Position numbers and translations under genes: made by a program
DNA from: Puccinia triticina
Taxonomy: Eukaryota
Length of the DNA stretch: 64,000 bases
Direction of reading: 5' to 3'
NCBI GenBank assembly: GCA_026914245.1
Contig: CP110439.1
Location: 7,378,001-7,442,000 of the forward strand
Part shown: in pieces, positions 25,100-37,740 of the stretch
Numbering within the stretch: position 1 is the stretch's first letter
Layout: each line of letters begins with the position of its first letter
The notes under the pieces: model-generated
The model's database searches: none
Told to the model about the DNA's origin: nothing
The model's input: the letters and a program-made list of their open reading frames with translations, nothing else

Positions 25100-26426
25100 C
25101 AAACTTAACCCAAGGCCCTCGCTGCTGCGGGCGTGTGTCTCGCGAAGCGAGCCTCCGACACGAACTGGTGGAAGTCCCTCTTCTGCGGGGGGGCGGGCAG
25201 CCCTGATCGCGGAGCGACCCCTCCGGAGGAGGGACTTGAAGTCTAAAACCGACTTACAACCGCGTCACGGTTGGCCAGTTTTGGTGTAGCCGACTTTTGG
25301 ACGGCTGCACCTCTTGTACATCCATCTCCCCGGAGGTAAAAAGTTGGGTCGGAGATAGAGGAGGATGGAGCGGACCTCCTCATCCACTTTTCAAAAGAAA
25401 ATATTGAAAATTGGACCAGCAGGAATTTTTTCAAGATTTTGAAAATCTGAAAATCTGACTCTTCAGGATTGAACTGAAGTTGATTCTTGGCTTCTCAACC
25501 AGGATCCCTCCTTCACAAAATTCCTCAAAAAAAATTCTGATTACTATCCTGGGATGGCCATCTTGTCCTCCATTGATTACATAAGGAATGGTTTGGTTTG
25601 AAGAAAAAAAAAACAAAGTCATGTTGAACTAAAATTGGCTTGTAAAAAACCCTACACATACAATTTTTGAAAAATTCAAAATCCTTCTTGATGGGGATGA
25701 AGACCCCCATCTTGGGCACACCCGGCCCAACATTATTATTGACTGGGTATTTGGGTGTATTTTATAGGATTTTTACAAAAAAAAAGGACCTCAGAAGCCC
25801 AACCGTGACACACGAGCATGCGCGTTTTAGACACAAGCCTCTCCCGCACTTTGTGCGTTCAACGGAGAGGCTGTACACGCTCGCCTCCGACAGCCCTCGG
25901 CAGGAGGGACTTGCGCCCTATCGCCCCTTTTTGCGGGGGCTAGATTCTAAACTTAGGTGGCAGGAATTTTCAACCCTCTATCATTCCTTGCTTCCTTAAC
26001 TTTATTTGCAATAAAATTGCTTAGGTTGAAGACTAGCTTGTGCCTGTCAAACCTAGAGAATTTGGGTAACTTCTCAACATTCCTTCCAGTCCAAAAAAAA
26101 AAAACCTTTAAAAACACTCAAAATATGGATTTTGCACGGAGAGGGTCTGTGTTCCCCAACTCAGCCTCCACAGTTCGCTCTCCACCAGCACACAGAGGGG
26201 ATCATGGGAGGTAAAAAAATGTGTATGCTTTTCTGCAGCATGTTCCAACAACATTGAGATAATCAAATTGGAGTGGATGTGGTAGGTGAGCTGTAGAAAA
26301 AAATAAACTAGCTACCTTGAAGATCCATTCTTGGTGCACGAGTTTGGGGAGCTAAGGGGTAAGTCCCTCCTGACGGAGGCTTGCTTTGCAAGTCCCCCAA
26401 AGTCTCAAGGGACTTTGTTAAGCTCG
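25100..26426. mobile_element. Non-autonomous DNA transposon, 9-bp-TSD hairpin-end family, containing a nested relative
   Basis: Termini CAAACTTAAC...GTTAAGCTCG. TSD GCACCACAC (25091-25099, 26427-26435). Confidence 0.9.
25161..25883. mobile_element. Nested element of the same family inserted into the left end of 25100-26426
   Basis: Termini CGAACT...GCTCG. TSD CCTCCGACA (25152-25160, 25884-25892). Removing it restores the left end seen intact at 35861-35960. Confidence 0.88.
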
Positions 26427-26440
26427 GCACCACACACATA

Positions 26441-28404
26441 CGGTGTTGCAAGTGCGTCTGGGCACTCACCAAAGTTTAGCCAAAAAAAAGGCCAAGCGCA
26501 CGTGGCCAACCCTAAAGCCAGCTTGGCCAATCCCAAAGCGTGGGTGGCACACGTCCAACCCCCGCTTGGCACAGTCCAAAGTTGGGGTGGTTTGGGACAA
26601 AGCCCAGCTGGGCCAAGTTCAAGCGAGGGTGCCACACCCGCCAAAAACCAATGCACACCTTGAGGCATGGGGTGCATTGCACTCGCAATAGTTTTTGCTT
26701 GTTCATATGTATTTGAGTTAGGGTCAATATTTGCTATCTTGTCATTTTGTGTACTATGTATCTACAGTTTCTTCTACTTAAACTATTTGTATGATTTTGT
26801 TCTTCAAGTGTTATGAAAAAAAAAAAATGAGACAAGGAAGGAAGTTGATGGTCTGAGTAACTATTCTGGTGGGGCTGCCAAGACTGGCCCGGTGATTTCC
26901 TGCATTTCAATGCAGGGACGGTAGAGACAATGACAATGAGAAAATAAATTTTTGGATTTTTTAGGGGTGATGGCTTCATCAATCCCTAGTTTGATCTCGG
27001 AAACAAGTGCTGCTTGGTTGGGTGGCTCCTTGGATTGGACATAGGACTTGATCAAATGGAAGCTGTATTCAATTGAGTTGAGGAATGGCGAGTATGGTGG
27101 AAGGAACTTGACTTGGATTGATTTCAAGCTGTCAAGCAACCGTCTGATTTCCTCAAAACAATCACCTTGGTAAATCGGAGTGTTGTCCATGATGATGATT
27201 GATTCATTTGGCAACCGGTCACCGAGGCTACCAAGGAAAAGGCAGAAGTCATTGGCTCCTACCCCCTTGGCCTTGGTGTTATCGGTGTTGCGCAGCTTGT
27301 GATAAACAAAGCCCTCCTCGGACAGGGCCCCTATCAAGGTCACCTGCTTGGCATTGGGCACGAGGCTCAAGACAGCAGGCTGGCCTTGAATCAAGCAACA
27401 AAACAATCAGAATAACAACAGACACAAGCAAAGAGCAGAAAAGAAACATACCAGAAGGAGAGTAGCCAAAAGCCTGACCAGAATGAAGATCAAATCCAGA
27501 TTCGTCAACAAAAACAACCATCCTTCCAAGGTCCAAACCACACCGATTCACAAAATTGGCCCACTGGTTGAGCAAGTTGGGCTTGTTCCAGGCTGCAGGT
27601 ATATTAGTAACCTGTTTGCATGATATATCCATATCATGGATCAGGTTACTAATTGCCTGTGTCAAAACTTGATGACCTCTGCTCAAGCTGAAGGAGAAGC
27701 TCAGTTTTCATGTTGTTGGTGAACTTGCTGGTACGCTTCTTGTGAGTCTTGACATGATTTGGATCTTCAGCCTTGATGCGCTGGACCTGGTGTCGAGAAA
27801 CATTGGACGTCTTGGTGGCATCAACCGTCTTCATATTTTTACCAATTACATTTTGGCGGATTAAATCTCGAACCTCGGGCTTGATCATTGAATTGGGTTT
27901 GCAATCCTTGTGTGTAAGTCAATCGTTCTTATAAGTACGTTTTTCATTCAACTTGTCTTTTGACTTCATGATTGTTTCGGCTTGAAAGTTCTTCTGTTGT
28001 AGTTCTCGAAGCTCACTGGCGAGGTTACGAGCTCTCTCTTGATCCGCCTTGAGTTCCAATTCTGCCGAGTCCATCACAGCCGGCTGAGACATCTAAAAAG
28101 AAGAAGAACAAATGGTCAAAAAAAGGGAAAGAATTTACCAAAGAAAGATAAAACAGAAAAACTTACATTGAACCAATATTCTATGGAAATGGACCTAGGT
28201 GTTGAGTGAGTCAAGAGGTGGTGGGTGCTAGTCGGTGATCCTATCGGCCCAGTGCTTGATCTCGGCCAAGCGGGACTTGGCTGTGTGCCAAGCTCTGCCC
28301 CCCGCACAACCTGCCCGATCAAGCCCGCTGGGCACATACCCAACCCCCGGAGGCACTCGGCCAAGCGGGAGTTGGGTATGTGCCCAGACGGGCTTGCAAC
28401 ACCA
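26441..28404 (-). mobile_element. Tc1/mariner (IS630-like) transposon with degenerate DDE transposase
   Basis: TIRs GGTGTTGCAAG..CGTCTGGGCAC, TA TSD. Minus-strand motifs VVFVDESGF, IIIMDN and FLPPYSPFLNSIE, broken by frameshifts. Confidence 0.92.
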
Positions 28405-28723
28405 TATCACTTCCTTGCTTGTCTCTGTTTAGAGCATTTCTCAGAATTATTGATCTTCTACAAATGTGTTTAACTTATCCTTTAGTCTATGTGTAAATTT
28501 AATTTTTAGCATTCGAGCAGTCAAAGTTATGGTCGTCTGGCGTGCTGGAGATGAATAAACGTCCTTAATTCCGTGCGATATGATACATGGAAAAGCTTGT
28601 TCTGGGGATGTAACCTTGGATCTGTTAAATTGCTCACATATCCTCGGAGAGACAAACTGGGCCCCGACAAGATGGGTTGAATGAGTCGAGAGGAGAGGGG
28701 GGAGCGGGTGGGATGAAGGTTGG

Positions 28724-29766
28724 TCAAGAGAGGGAGCTGTCGAGAGCCTTTTGGTTCCAGCGCTCCCATTCACGGACATCGTCGAGTGACCAATGAGAGT
28801 TGAACAAGTTGGACTTCCAGTTCCAATCGCTGAAGTTGAGATGAGTGAGGGGCGGTTTGGAGGGGTTGAAGACAGGGTGGGCGTGGAAGATGGTCATGGG
28901 TTTAGGGGGGCGCTGGATGGGGAGGGCGAGAGGTGTTTTCCTGAGTGTCCGGACACTGCTCGGCTCCGGCAAGATGGGGTCGCCCTGCCGGGGTGTCCGG
29001 ACGGCCGAGCCGGGCGCGACGGGCACGATGACCACCGGCACGGGGGCCTCCTCCTGGTCGAGCCGTGCCTTGCGCCGCTTGGCCGTCGGCGACGAGCGCA
29101 CACCGTCCTCCTCTTCGTCGGCCAAGAGCGACGAGGCGGGTCGCTTGAGAGACGTGCCGGCGGCCATCAGCGTCTCCCGGGTACCCCGCCCAGCAGGCCT
29201 GTCCTTCCCCTCCGTCTTGCGCCCCACCAGAGCCTTCCCCCCCTCATCCCGCACTCGACTGCTGCCCTGCAAGACTGCCTTTGCCTTGCTCGGCGACGCT
29301 TTTCGCGTCGGACTCGCATTCGCCGATCGCCCGCCGGTCGTCGTGCCTAGAATCCGGGGGAGCTCGCGCAGACCAGTCGAAAATATCTTCGTCGAGACGC
29401 CCGAGGTACGTTGTAATGAGGTCTCTATGGCCTTGCGTTCAGCCACCGTGTTGGTATTCGGAAGTCTTGAGACAGTTCGGATTCAGGTGCAAGATTAGCC
29501 TAGGTTCTCACAATGGATAAAGACTTACAAATCTCTCTAGAAGAGAGAAAGAGATGATTGGCCTACTTGATAATGCAGAGACAAAGACAGGCCAAGGCTC
29601 TATCGTTCCCGTTTATGCCGGTGATTCCATGCCCACGCTCGGCCGAGAGGTTCGTTTTAGCCCGTTGGTAGAGCTGCTTCGCGCGCCGAGATATCTCCGG
29701 TGTCTCGTATTCCAGCGTCGACCCCCATGCGATCAGGTCCCGGTATGAGTTGCGTTCGCCGGCCAT
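28724..29766 (-). CDS. ORC6: ORC6-like protein (N-terminal helical domain plus disordered C-terminus)
   Basis: ATG 29766, in-frame intron 29566-29466. SRRAKQLYQRAK...ALACLCL...LQRTSGVSTKIFSTGLREL resembles the ORC6 N-terminal domain. The gene is well supported; the family call is from recalled similarity only. Confidence 0.55.
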
Positions 29767-29917
29767 CGCGTTCTTCGTTGTTGTCTGGAGATGGCTGCCG
29801 CGCGCAGGAGACACTTGGATTGCCTGGTCTGGATGGAACCCCCGTGGGGTCGGGGAGCGGAGTCCTTCAGCCTTCCGGCCCAGTTGGCAGTAGCACATAA
29901 CCACTTCAGCCAGCCTC

Positions 29918-31009
29918 ATGACCATCCACCAGCTCATCAGCCGTCGACTCACCAAGCTGGGCGCATGGGAATCAGCCATCACCCAAGCACAATCATCCAG
30001 ACAAGCGACAATACCAACGGAGCTGTCGATCAGCAAAAAATCAAATCCCCCGATACGAGGATACCAAAGACAGTCCAACGCTCGTCATCAGCCCATCCGC
30101 TTCTTTTCAGGAACCGGCCACAGACTGGACTCTCCCGCTACAAACGGGAAACTATATCCAACTTGTCCAACCTGTTCAATCGAACTTAAAACAAATTTTA
30201 ATCAGAAAACGAAGATTGAAGATAAGTGCAAATGTGCTAATTGTCGATCATTTATCCCGACCGGAGTGGTGGTAAAAACCAAATCGAAGAAGGATCAAGA
30301 CGACCGGCGGATCGATTATTTTAAACTGTTTGAAATCGAGAAGAAGTTCAAGGACATCGATCTGATCAGCCTGAAGAAATCTTACCATCACTGGCAGCAA
30401 TTCGTCCATCCTGACTTCAGCATCTCCAATGACCATCTCGAGAATCACCCTTCAGAGCTGAGTCTTCAGTTCATGAAGGATTGGAGTGTCTTGGTCAATC
30501 AGTCGAAGAACATCTTGACTGATGTTTTGAAAAGGGCCGAATATCTGGTTTGTGGTTTTTCTGAGGGTCGGTGCTGAGTGCTTTCAAGCTCACTGATTGC
30601 TCTGCATCCCCCACAGCTGGAATTGCATGGGAGCGTCAAGCCGAGCGAGGAAGCGGACTCGCTTGATAACACGGATCTGTTGATGGAGATCATGGAAGTA
30701 AGGGAGCAACTCGAAGAAGCTCAGACTGCCGAAGGAATAGAATCTATCAAGCAAACAAACAAACGTAAGCTGTTCGATATACGCTCTCCCCTATCGGCCA
30801 ACGGTCCCGAAATCCCATCCTGATCGGCCGCGTTTTTGCTATCTTCTCTAGAGTCAATCCACGAAGTTTTGGGCGAACTGGATCAGAAGTTTCGTACCCT
30901 GATCCATCGGGCAAATCCTCTAGATGAATCAGAAAGCCTTCAAGAACTAATCGTCAGATTAAGATACTTGAAGAAGATCGAAGAAATCATTTCTTCGACG
31001 AACCTTTAA
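29918..31009 (+). CDS. JAC1: Mitochondrial Fe-S cluster co-chaperone HscB/Hsc20/Jac1
   Basis: Basic, Ser-rich N-terminal presequence. CPTC...CANC. J-domain DYFKLF...QQFVHPD...KRAEYL. C-terminal LLMEIMEVRE...LRYLKKIEE. Introns 30548-30616 and 30765-30851. Confidence 0.93.
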
Positions 31010-32075
31010 TCCGCCACCAATCCCGAAGGTAGGGCGATCGTCCGTCCACCGGCGACTTCCGGATTCGTAATGTGCTTTCGTATTTCAACAAATGATCTAA
31101 ATTTTACAAGGTTTGTGATCTTTCCTCGTCACTCCTGGCTCCAACGTCCCGTCTGATCATCGGCGTGTTGGAGATTCAGCAGCTCAGTGATCCGACAGAA
31201 GCATTCATCTACCTCGCACCTGCCCATCACGAAAAGAGACACATCATGCCAGCAAGAAAGCCGGACGAAGAGACTCCAATGCACGTCCTTCCAACGAACT
31301 CATACAAAAAGAATCTACACTTTGAACAGTTATCACAGCGATTCATCTCAAGTCCGTTTCAGCCCAGTCGTCCGGCCCTTGGTCTAAAAGTATCCCAATC
31401 TCCACTCCAATCGATCACCTCAGCTTTATCCAAACAAATTCCTGCAAGTTGGTGCTTTCAAGTTTCATCCACACAAGAGCTTTTACTCTTTTTCAGTAAT
31501 GGAGTCATCTGACAAAAATGTAGTACCACAAATCATCCTTTTTTTCGGATGGCAATTCTGGGCATTTTTAGAGCTGTGCAATGTTCAATGGATGTTTAGT
31601 CAACTGGGCTCAAAATACAACACCCAGGATGTCAGCCATTGGCTACACGGCGGGGGTGATTCCTGGCCCGCCTGTTTGTGGAGACGACGGGATCACCGGC
31701 TCTGTGAAATCCACGTTGCTCCCCCCGTCGTCTCCACCCTCCCGTGGAAAATACGTGGAGACGACGGGCTTTCCCGTCGTCTCCACCTGCCCGGGATTTC
31801 CTCGTCATTCCAATGGGGAAAATGACGAGGATTCCACAGCTGCCTCTGGGATCCCGGTGGAAACTGTCCCCGTGAGTTCTCAACGACGAGGAACCCACGG
31901 ATGCCCTTGCATTGCCGGTGTTAGGGCTATTTCAGTGATATCAGCTGGCTCGTGTGCGTTTTGAGGACACTCAACGGCTCCCAAGGGAAGCGACGACTTG
32001 ATCCCCGGCCCCGCCATCCCGCCCTCTGACTTCCTCACGGCCCCTGGAGGCTCACCTTCACACCATCAACCCCAC

Positions 32076-35000
32076 ATGCGACTGGGGTGATGTCTCACGC
32101 GAACTTGACAATGCCCGTGACCAAGAGGACCCAGGGCCGTCGATGTACTCGGAAGATTCGGAACCGGCGCCGAAGAAAGCTCGGAGCAGAATCTCGGAGT
32201 TCTTGCAGCCCCAAGATAGCTCAGACATGGAAGAGGCTGATCCAGCGTTGATCGACTTCCATGAACCTGCTACCAGCCGCCCGTCTTTCGGTCCTCCGCC
32301 TAACCGGTCCTCTTTATCCGTACCCAGCCTGCAGAACATCCAAGAACACGACGACCTGATCAACATGAGTTTTGAGGAAAATCCTGCTCGAAAGCCGGCA
32401 TTGGTTCTACCTGGCCCTTCCAACTCCGGGCCATCTCTTCTAAGCACATCTGCTGAGTCTATCTCAAGAGCCGGAAGCTTTCCCAGAACTTCCCTCGAGC
32501 CGGTACTCCCCAGACTATCTTCGATCCGTGCCCTTCCGCGGTTATCTTCGGCATCTCCATCCCGCCGCCTATCCGGCTCCCTCTCAGGCTCTCCAAAAAA
32601 TCTCCGCCTGTCCTTCGCGTCCCCCCGCCGCTTAGTGTTTCCAGCCGGTACGTCCAACCAGGCAAACCAGAACAGCGTAAGTGCAACAACATGTTCTCTT
32701 GTCCCGGTCTGGCCCGCTTAATATCAACTGACCATTTGAGGACCATTATTCTATCTTAGGGGGATGTTGATTTTTACATCCCACAATTTACATTGGATTT
32801 GGAATGTAAAACCCAATCATTTATATTTGAACATTTCAAGGCAATCAAATAGTTTTACATTTGTGCAGTAAATGAGTTACCATGTTAAATATGGTATGTA
32901 ATGCGTGGTATGTAAAAGTGCACCCTTGGACATGTCAAGAAAGAATTTACACACCATGTTTTACAACCTCTGGCCAATGGAAAGTTACACGATGTAAAAG
33001 TCAAAATTCATCGCAAAGAAAATAAAATTACGTTGGTTTGATTCACCACCACCCTCAATGTAAATTCAATGCATTGTAAAATTAACATAGTTCGTCTCCA
33101 GATGCAATTTTACATGCTACTGGCTTAACATTGTAAAAAGGAAAACACAGAAATTGATGACAAAAAGGTTACTCCGCAACGCAATAACCCCGTCACCTCA
33201 ACACAAAAAAACAAGAATGGAAAAAAGCCTGGCCCTCAAGCATGGCAGGTCTTCCTACCAGTCACACTCTGCACCTTTGGTTTGATCGCCCCAGCCCCTG
33301 CCTGTTGGCTATTCCAATGAGCAAGGACTTTGCCTGCAGTTGTTGATGGCAGCTTGGCTGTTGAGTACACCTCCCGGTCCTGGCTCACAGTCAACTTCTT
33401 GGTCGGCCGAAAACGCTTGTTTCTGGTGGCCGGACTAGCTGCGGGGAGTGGCGCTAAAAATATGGCGGCCGATTGAGAAGGCACAATTGAGGCCGAGCCA
33501 GGCGCGCTGTTGTTGTCTTTCAAGTAAAGGCAACAAAACACACAAACAGAAGTAATTGTTGGTTCACCTGCGATTTGAAGGAGAGGAGGACGTTTGAATT
33601 CACCTTTCTCACCGTCTTGGAATGGATCACATCGATGTTCTTGCCAGGCCTCAGTTCGGGCCCGGATACGCTCCCCATTCACATTGGCCAGAGGTTTTGG
33701 CTTGAAAGTGACTGAGGTTTCGACCTTTGGGATCTTCTTGGGGCAACCACGCTTTGCCGGAACCGCCCGAGAATGAGGAGGAGGAGCTGGGGCGGGGGCC
33801 GAGGAACTTGGACGGCCACGCTTTGCTGGGGGTGCAGCAATGCTGGAGAAATGCCAACCTCTGGAGCCGGGGAGGGAGCGGAGGTTACTGCAGCAGCCAT
33901 GCTTGCTGGACGTCGAATCCGGATCTTCAAGGATTGTTCATGTACACGACCCTGAGCATCGCCAGCGGCAGCTGAAATGTCAAGTGAATGGAATGGTGGT
34001 TTTGGCCAAAGTGGTGATTTACGAGATAAAGGATTGTGATTAGGATAGAAGAAAGTAGTTAGCACCGAGTGGATCAATAGCTGGGGGAATTGGAAAAGGG
34101 GAAAATGGAACAAATTGCGAGTGGGGGTTTGTGAACGTACAGTTGAATCCAATCCTGAGTTTATGGCAAGTCTGGTGTGATTCCGAGGTCAAAGGGGTCC
34201 AATGATGAGATGTTCCACGGCCATTGGCCAAATCGGCCAATATCCAATGATGGTGTGTTCCGAAATAGGAGATTTTGTGTGAGCTTAACTCTGAAGATGA
34301 CTTGGAGTGTAAAACATATTATGTAAATCTAATTTCACCCGCAGGGATTGGCGGATTTGCATGCCCTGCAGAGGTCAATGTTTACACTTGGGTGTGAAAG
34401 TGTGGCTGCGGCGCCACTGGATACGTTTTTGCAGGCTGTGTGTTACATGGCATAAGTTTACATGGGGTGGTTTTGCACAATCCAATGTGAATTTAATTTC
34501 ACAAGCAGTCATGTGTACTTTTACATTGGGGTTTTTTGCATTGACCAACAGATGTAAACTGTAGGTGGTAAAATTCCTCCACCCCCTATCTTAGTCATCT
34601 CGCAGCTTACGTCAAAAGACAGAACTCTTGGACTACACAACCAAGGAACACAAGGGCGAGATCTCGCAGAATGCGCAAAAGTACAAAAAAACTTGGTCGA
34701 GATGAGTGCTAAACAAGACTGCCATCTCTTTGACATTGAGATGTATCTCCACCTCGACCCATTCAACCCCGAGCAACCCTATTGCAACGTGCGGAAGGTT
34801 GAGCTTTGGTGGGCTGGGCCATCGGTGCCAATAGCAGAGCAGGACGAGCCGCTCATTTGGCAGGTCAAGCAGTTCTTCTTCGGCCATCTGAAGGCCCACT
34901 TCAACAGCAAAAAAGTCCAGGGAAGAGTCAGAGTACGTCCCCTCCTCCCTCTCCCTCGCTGTTTGTCCCAGAAAGCGTCCCCTGAAGTCCGGCGTTGGTT

Positions 35001-35198
35001 ATGCAGGAGCTCGTCCAGCAAATCTCGTCGATGTGGTACCACGCCCACCAACTGATCTGGGAGATCACCAACGCCCAGACCCGGTTCAGTGTTGCCGTCG
35101 ACATGCTTGAGCCGTTGCCAGCCAAACACAGGGCCCTTGTCTCCGCCGCGCCCACCCCGGGAAGCCTGACCATGGACTTCCGCTTCTCCATCCGCTGA
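32076..35198 (+). pseudogene. Intron-containing gene of unknown family, interrupted by a MULE-like insertion and apparently frameshifted
   Basis: Exon 32076-32676 ends at a GTAAGT donor. Coding resumes after the AG at 34594 (SSRSLRQKTELLDY...), with a frame change in the A-run at ~34685. Confidence 0.5.
32760..34585. mobile_element. MULE-like non-autonomous DNA transposon
   Basis: Imperfect long TIRs starting GGGG and rich in TTTACA/TGTAAA. 9-bp TSD CTATCTTAG (32751-32759, 34586-34594). Confidence 0.8.
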
Positions 35199-36185
35199 TA
35201 CATCCACCCAAAATTCACTCCGATCTCATCTTTCTTGCGATTGCACTCTTTCAGATCAAGGAGTAAACTCGCCAATACCTCAAAACTCGTGATACGGATT
35301 TGAAAACTCACTTTTCTCTCATTTCTCTCAATTTTCTTTTATTTCTTGCTTCTCTTTGTGATTTGTTTTTTTTATCTATAAATCCCTTTTTTTTATGTTT
35401 TTACAATGATATGCAATGTAGCGTGTGGTACCCTGGTGGTACCACATTCTGCAATATTACCCGCGTTTTTGATCCGCTCCGCCCCCCCTCCCCCCGGGTT
35501 ACCTAACCAACCCACATCTCGTGGGCCTGACCCGCCCGTGGGTATCACGGCGAATCCACGGGGAGTCCAGGGTTGAAGGACCCGTGGTCCACCCATGGGC
35601 CCGACCTCCACGTTGTGATCACAGGGAATCCACGCGGTGCCGAAATCTGCCGTGGAATCCACGGGTGATCCTCCCGGTGGTGAACCCGTGATTCCCTGGA
35701 CCAAAAGCCGCTGGTCCAACCTCGCGCGCGGCTACCACGTGGAGTCCTCGTGGATTCCGCGTGATTTCCCCGTGGATGGACTCCCCGGGTGTAGTCCAGA
35801 CAGCGCCAACGCTGGCACGGCACGCGCCGCAGAAGACGTGTGTGCGCACAGTGCCCTCCCCAAACTTAACCCACGACCCTCGCTGCTGCGGGCGTCTGGT
35901 CTTGCGAAGCAAGCCTCCGATAGCCCTCGGCAAGAGGGACTTGCGCGCTATCGCCCCTTTTTAGGCTTTGTGCCAAGAAAATTTTCAAGGTATAAGGTTT
36001 TGAGGGCAAGGAACTGTGATGGTTTGGAAAAACCAGCCAGCCAAAATCAAATTCTAGGCTCTGCAAAAGGGGGGGGGTGAGAGCGCGCAAGTCCCTCCTG
36101 CCGAGGGGAGGCTTGCTTCGCAAGACCAGATGCCCGCAGCAGCGAGGGTCGTGGGTTAAGTTTGGTTGCGCTAACAGTTGGAACC

Positions 36186-37622
36186 ATGAATTGGGTCTGA
36201 AGACCCATTGATAGGGTCTTGGGACCCAATCATTGGGTCTCAGGACTCAATCATTGGATCTCAGGACCCAATCAATGGGTCTTCAGACCCAACCAATGGG
36301 TCTTCAGACCCAACCAATGGGTCTTCAGACCCAACCAATGGGTCTTCAGACCCAACCAATGGGTCTTCAGACCCAACCAATGGGTCTTCAGACCCAACCA
36401 ATGGGTCTTCAGACCCAACCAATGGGTCTTCAGACCCAACCAATGGGTCTTCAGACCCAACCAATGGGTCTTCAGACCCAACCAATGGGTCTTCAGACCC
36501 AACCAATGGGTCTTCAGACCCAACCAATGGGTCTTCAGACCCAACCAATGGGTCTTCAGACCCAACCAATGGGTCTTCAGACCCAACCAATGGGTCTTCA
36601 GACCCAACCAATGGGTCTTCAGACCCAACCAATGGGTCTTCAGACCCAACCAATGGGTCTTCAGACCCAACCAATGGGTCTTCAGACCCAACCAATGGGT
36701 CTTCAGACCCAACCAATGGGTCTTCAGACCCAACCAATGGGTCTTCAGACCCAACCAATGGGTCTTCAGACCCAACCAATGGGTCTTCAGACCCAACCAA
36801 TGGGTCTTCAGACCCAACCAATGGGTCTTCAGACCCAACCAATGGGTCTTCAGACCCAACCAATGGGTCTTCAGACCCAACCAATGGGTCTTCAGACCCA
36901 ACCAATGGGTCTTCAGACCCAACCAATGGGTCTTCAGACCCAACCAATGGGTCTTCAGACCCAACCAATGGGTCTTCAGACCCAACCAATGGGTCTTCAG
37001 ACCCAACCAATGGGTCTTCAGACCCAACCAATGGGTCTTCAGACCCAACCAATGGGTCTTCAGACCCAACCAATGGGTCTTCAGACCCAACCAATGGGTC
37101 TTCAGACCCAACCAATGGGTCTTCAGACCCAACCAATGGGTCTTCAGACCCAACCAATGGGTCTTCAGACCCAACCAATGGGTCTTCAGACCCAACCAAT
37201 GGGTCTTCAGACCCAACCAATGGGTCTTCAGACCCAACCAATGGGTCTTCAGACCCAACCAATGGGTCTTCAGACCCAACCAATGGGTCTTCAGACCCAA
37301 CCAATGGGTCTTCAGACCCAACCAATGGGTCTTCAGACCCAACCAATGGGTCTTCAGACCCAACCAATGGGTCTTGAGACCCAATTCATGGGTCTTTGAA
37401 CCCAATCACCCAACCAATGGGTCTTCAGACCCAACCAATGGGTCTTCAGACCCAACCAATGGGTCTTGAGACCCAATTCATGGGTCTTTGAACCCAATCA
37501 ATGGGTCTTCAGACCCAATCAATGGGTCTTCAGACCCAATTCATGGGTCTTTGAACCCAATCAATGGGTCTTTGGACCCAATTGATGGGTCTTTGGACCC
37601 AATCAGGTCTCAGGACCCAATT
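36186..37622 (+). repeat. 21-bp tandem satellite GGGTCTTCAGACCCAACCAAT
   Basis: 52 identical units at 36277-37368 with divergent units at both edges. Each unit contains the palindrome GGGTCT-TC-AGACCC. Confidence 0.98.
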
Positions 37623-37740
37623 GTACCCGCAGGCTGCGGGTACTTGTCTTTTGCACCCGGGTGCGGGTGTCTGATTTTAGGGAAATTCTGTCTGAGTACC
37701 TGCACCCGTGTGGGTACCCGGATACAAAGTGCCATCCCTA
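37623..37740. mobile_element. Orphan hAT-like terminus
   Basis: ACCCG/CGGGT subterminal repeats ending in GCCATCCCTA (reverse complement TAGGGATGGC, an Ac-like TIR). Resembles the start of the element at 57064. Confidence 0.65.

Noticed and set aside
36208..37469. 370-416 aa repeat-protein ORFs (SSDPTNG, NQWVFRP, etc.)
   Set aside because: A by-product of a stop-poor 21-bp unit. Five frames are open and there is no unique coding flank.
36186..37622. CRISPR array
   Set aside because: The repeats are palindromic but there are no unique spacers and no cas genes, and the context is eukaryotic.
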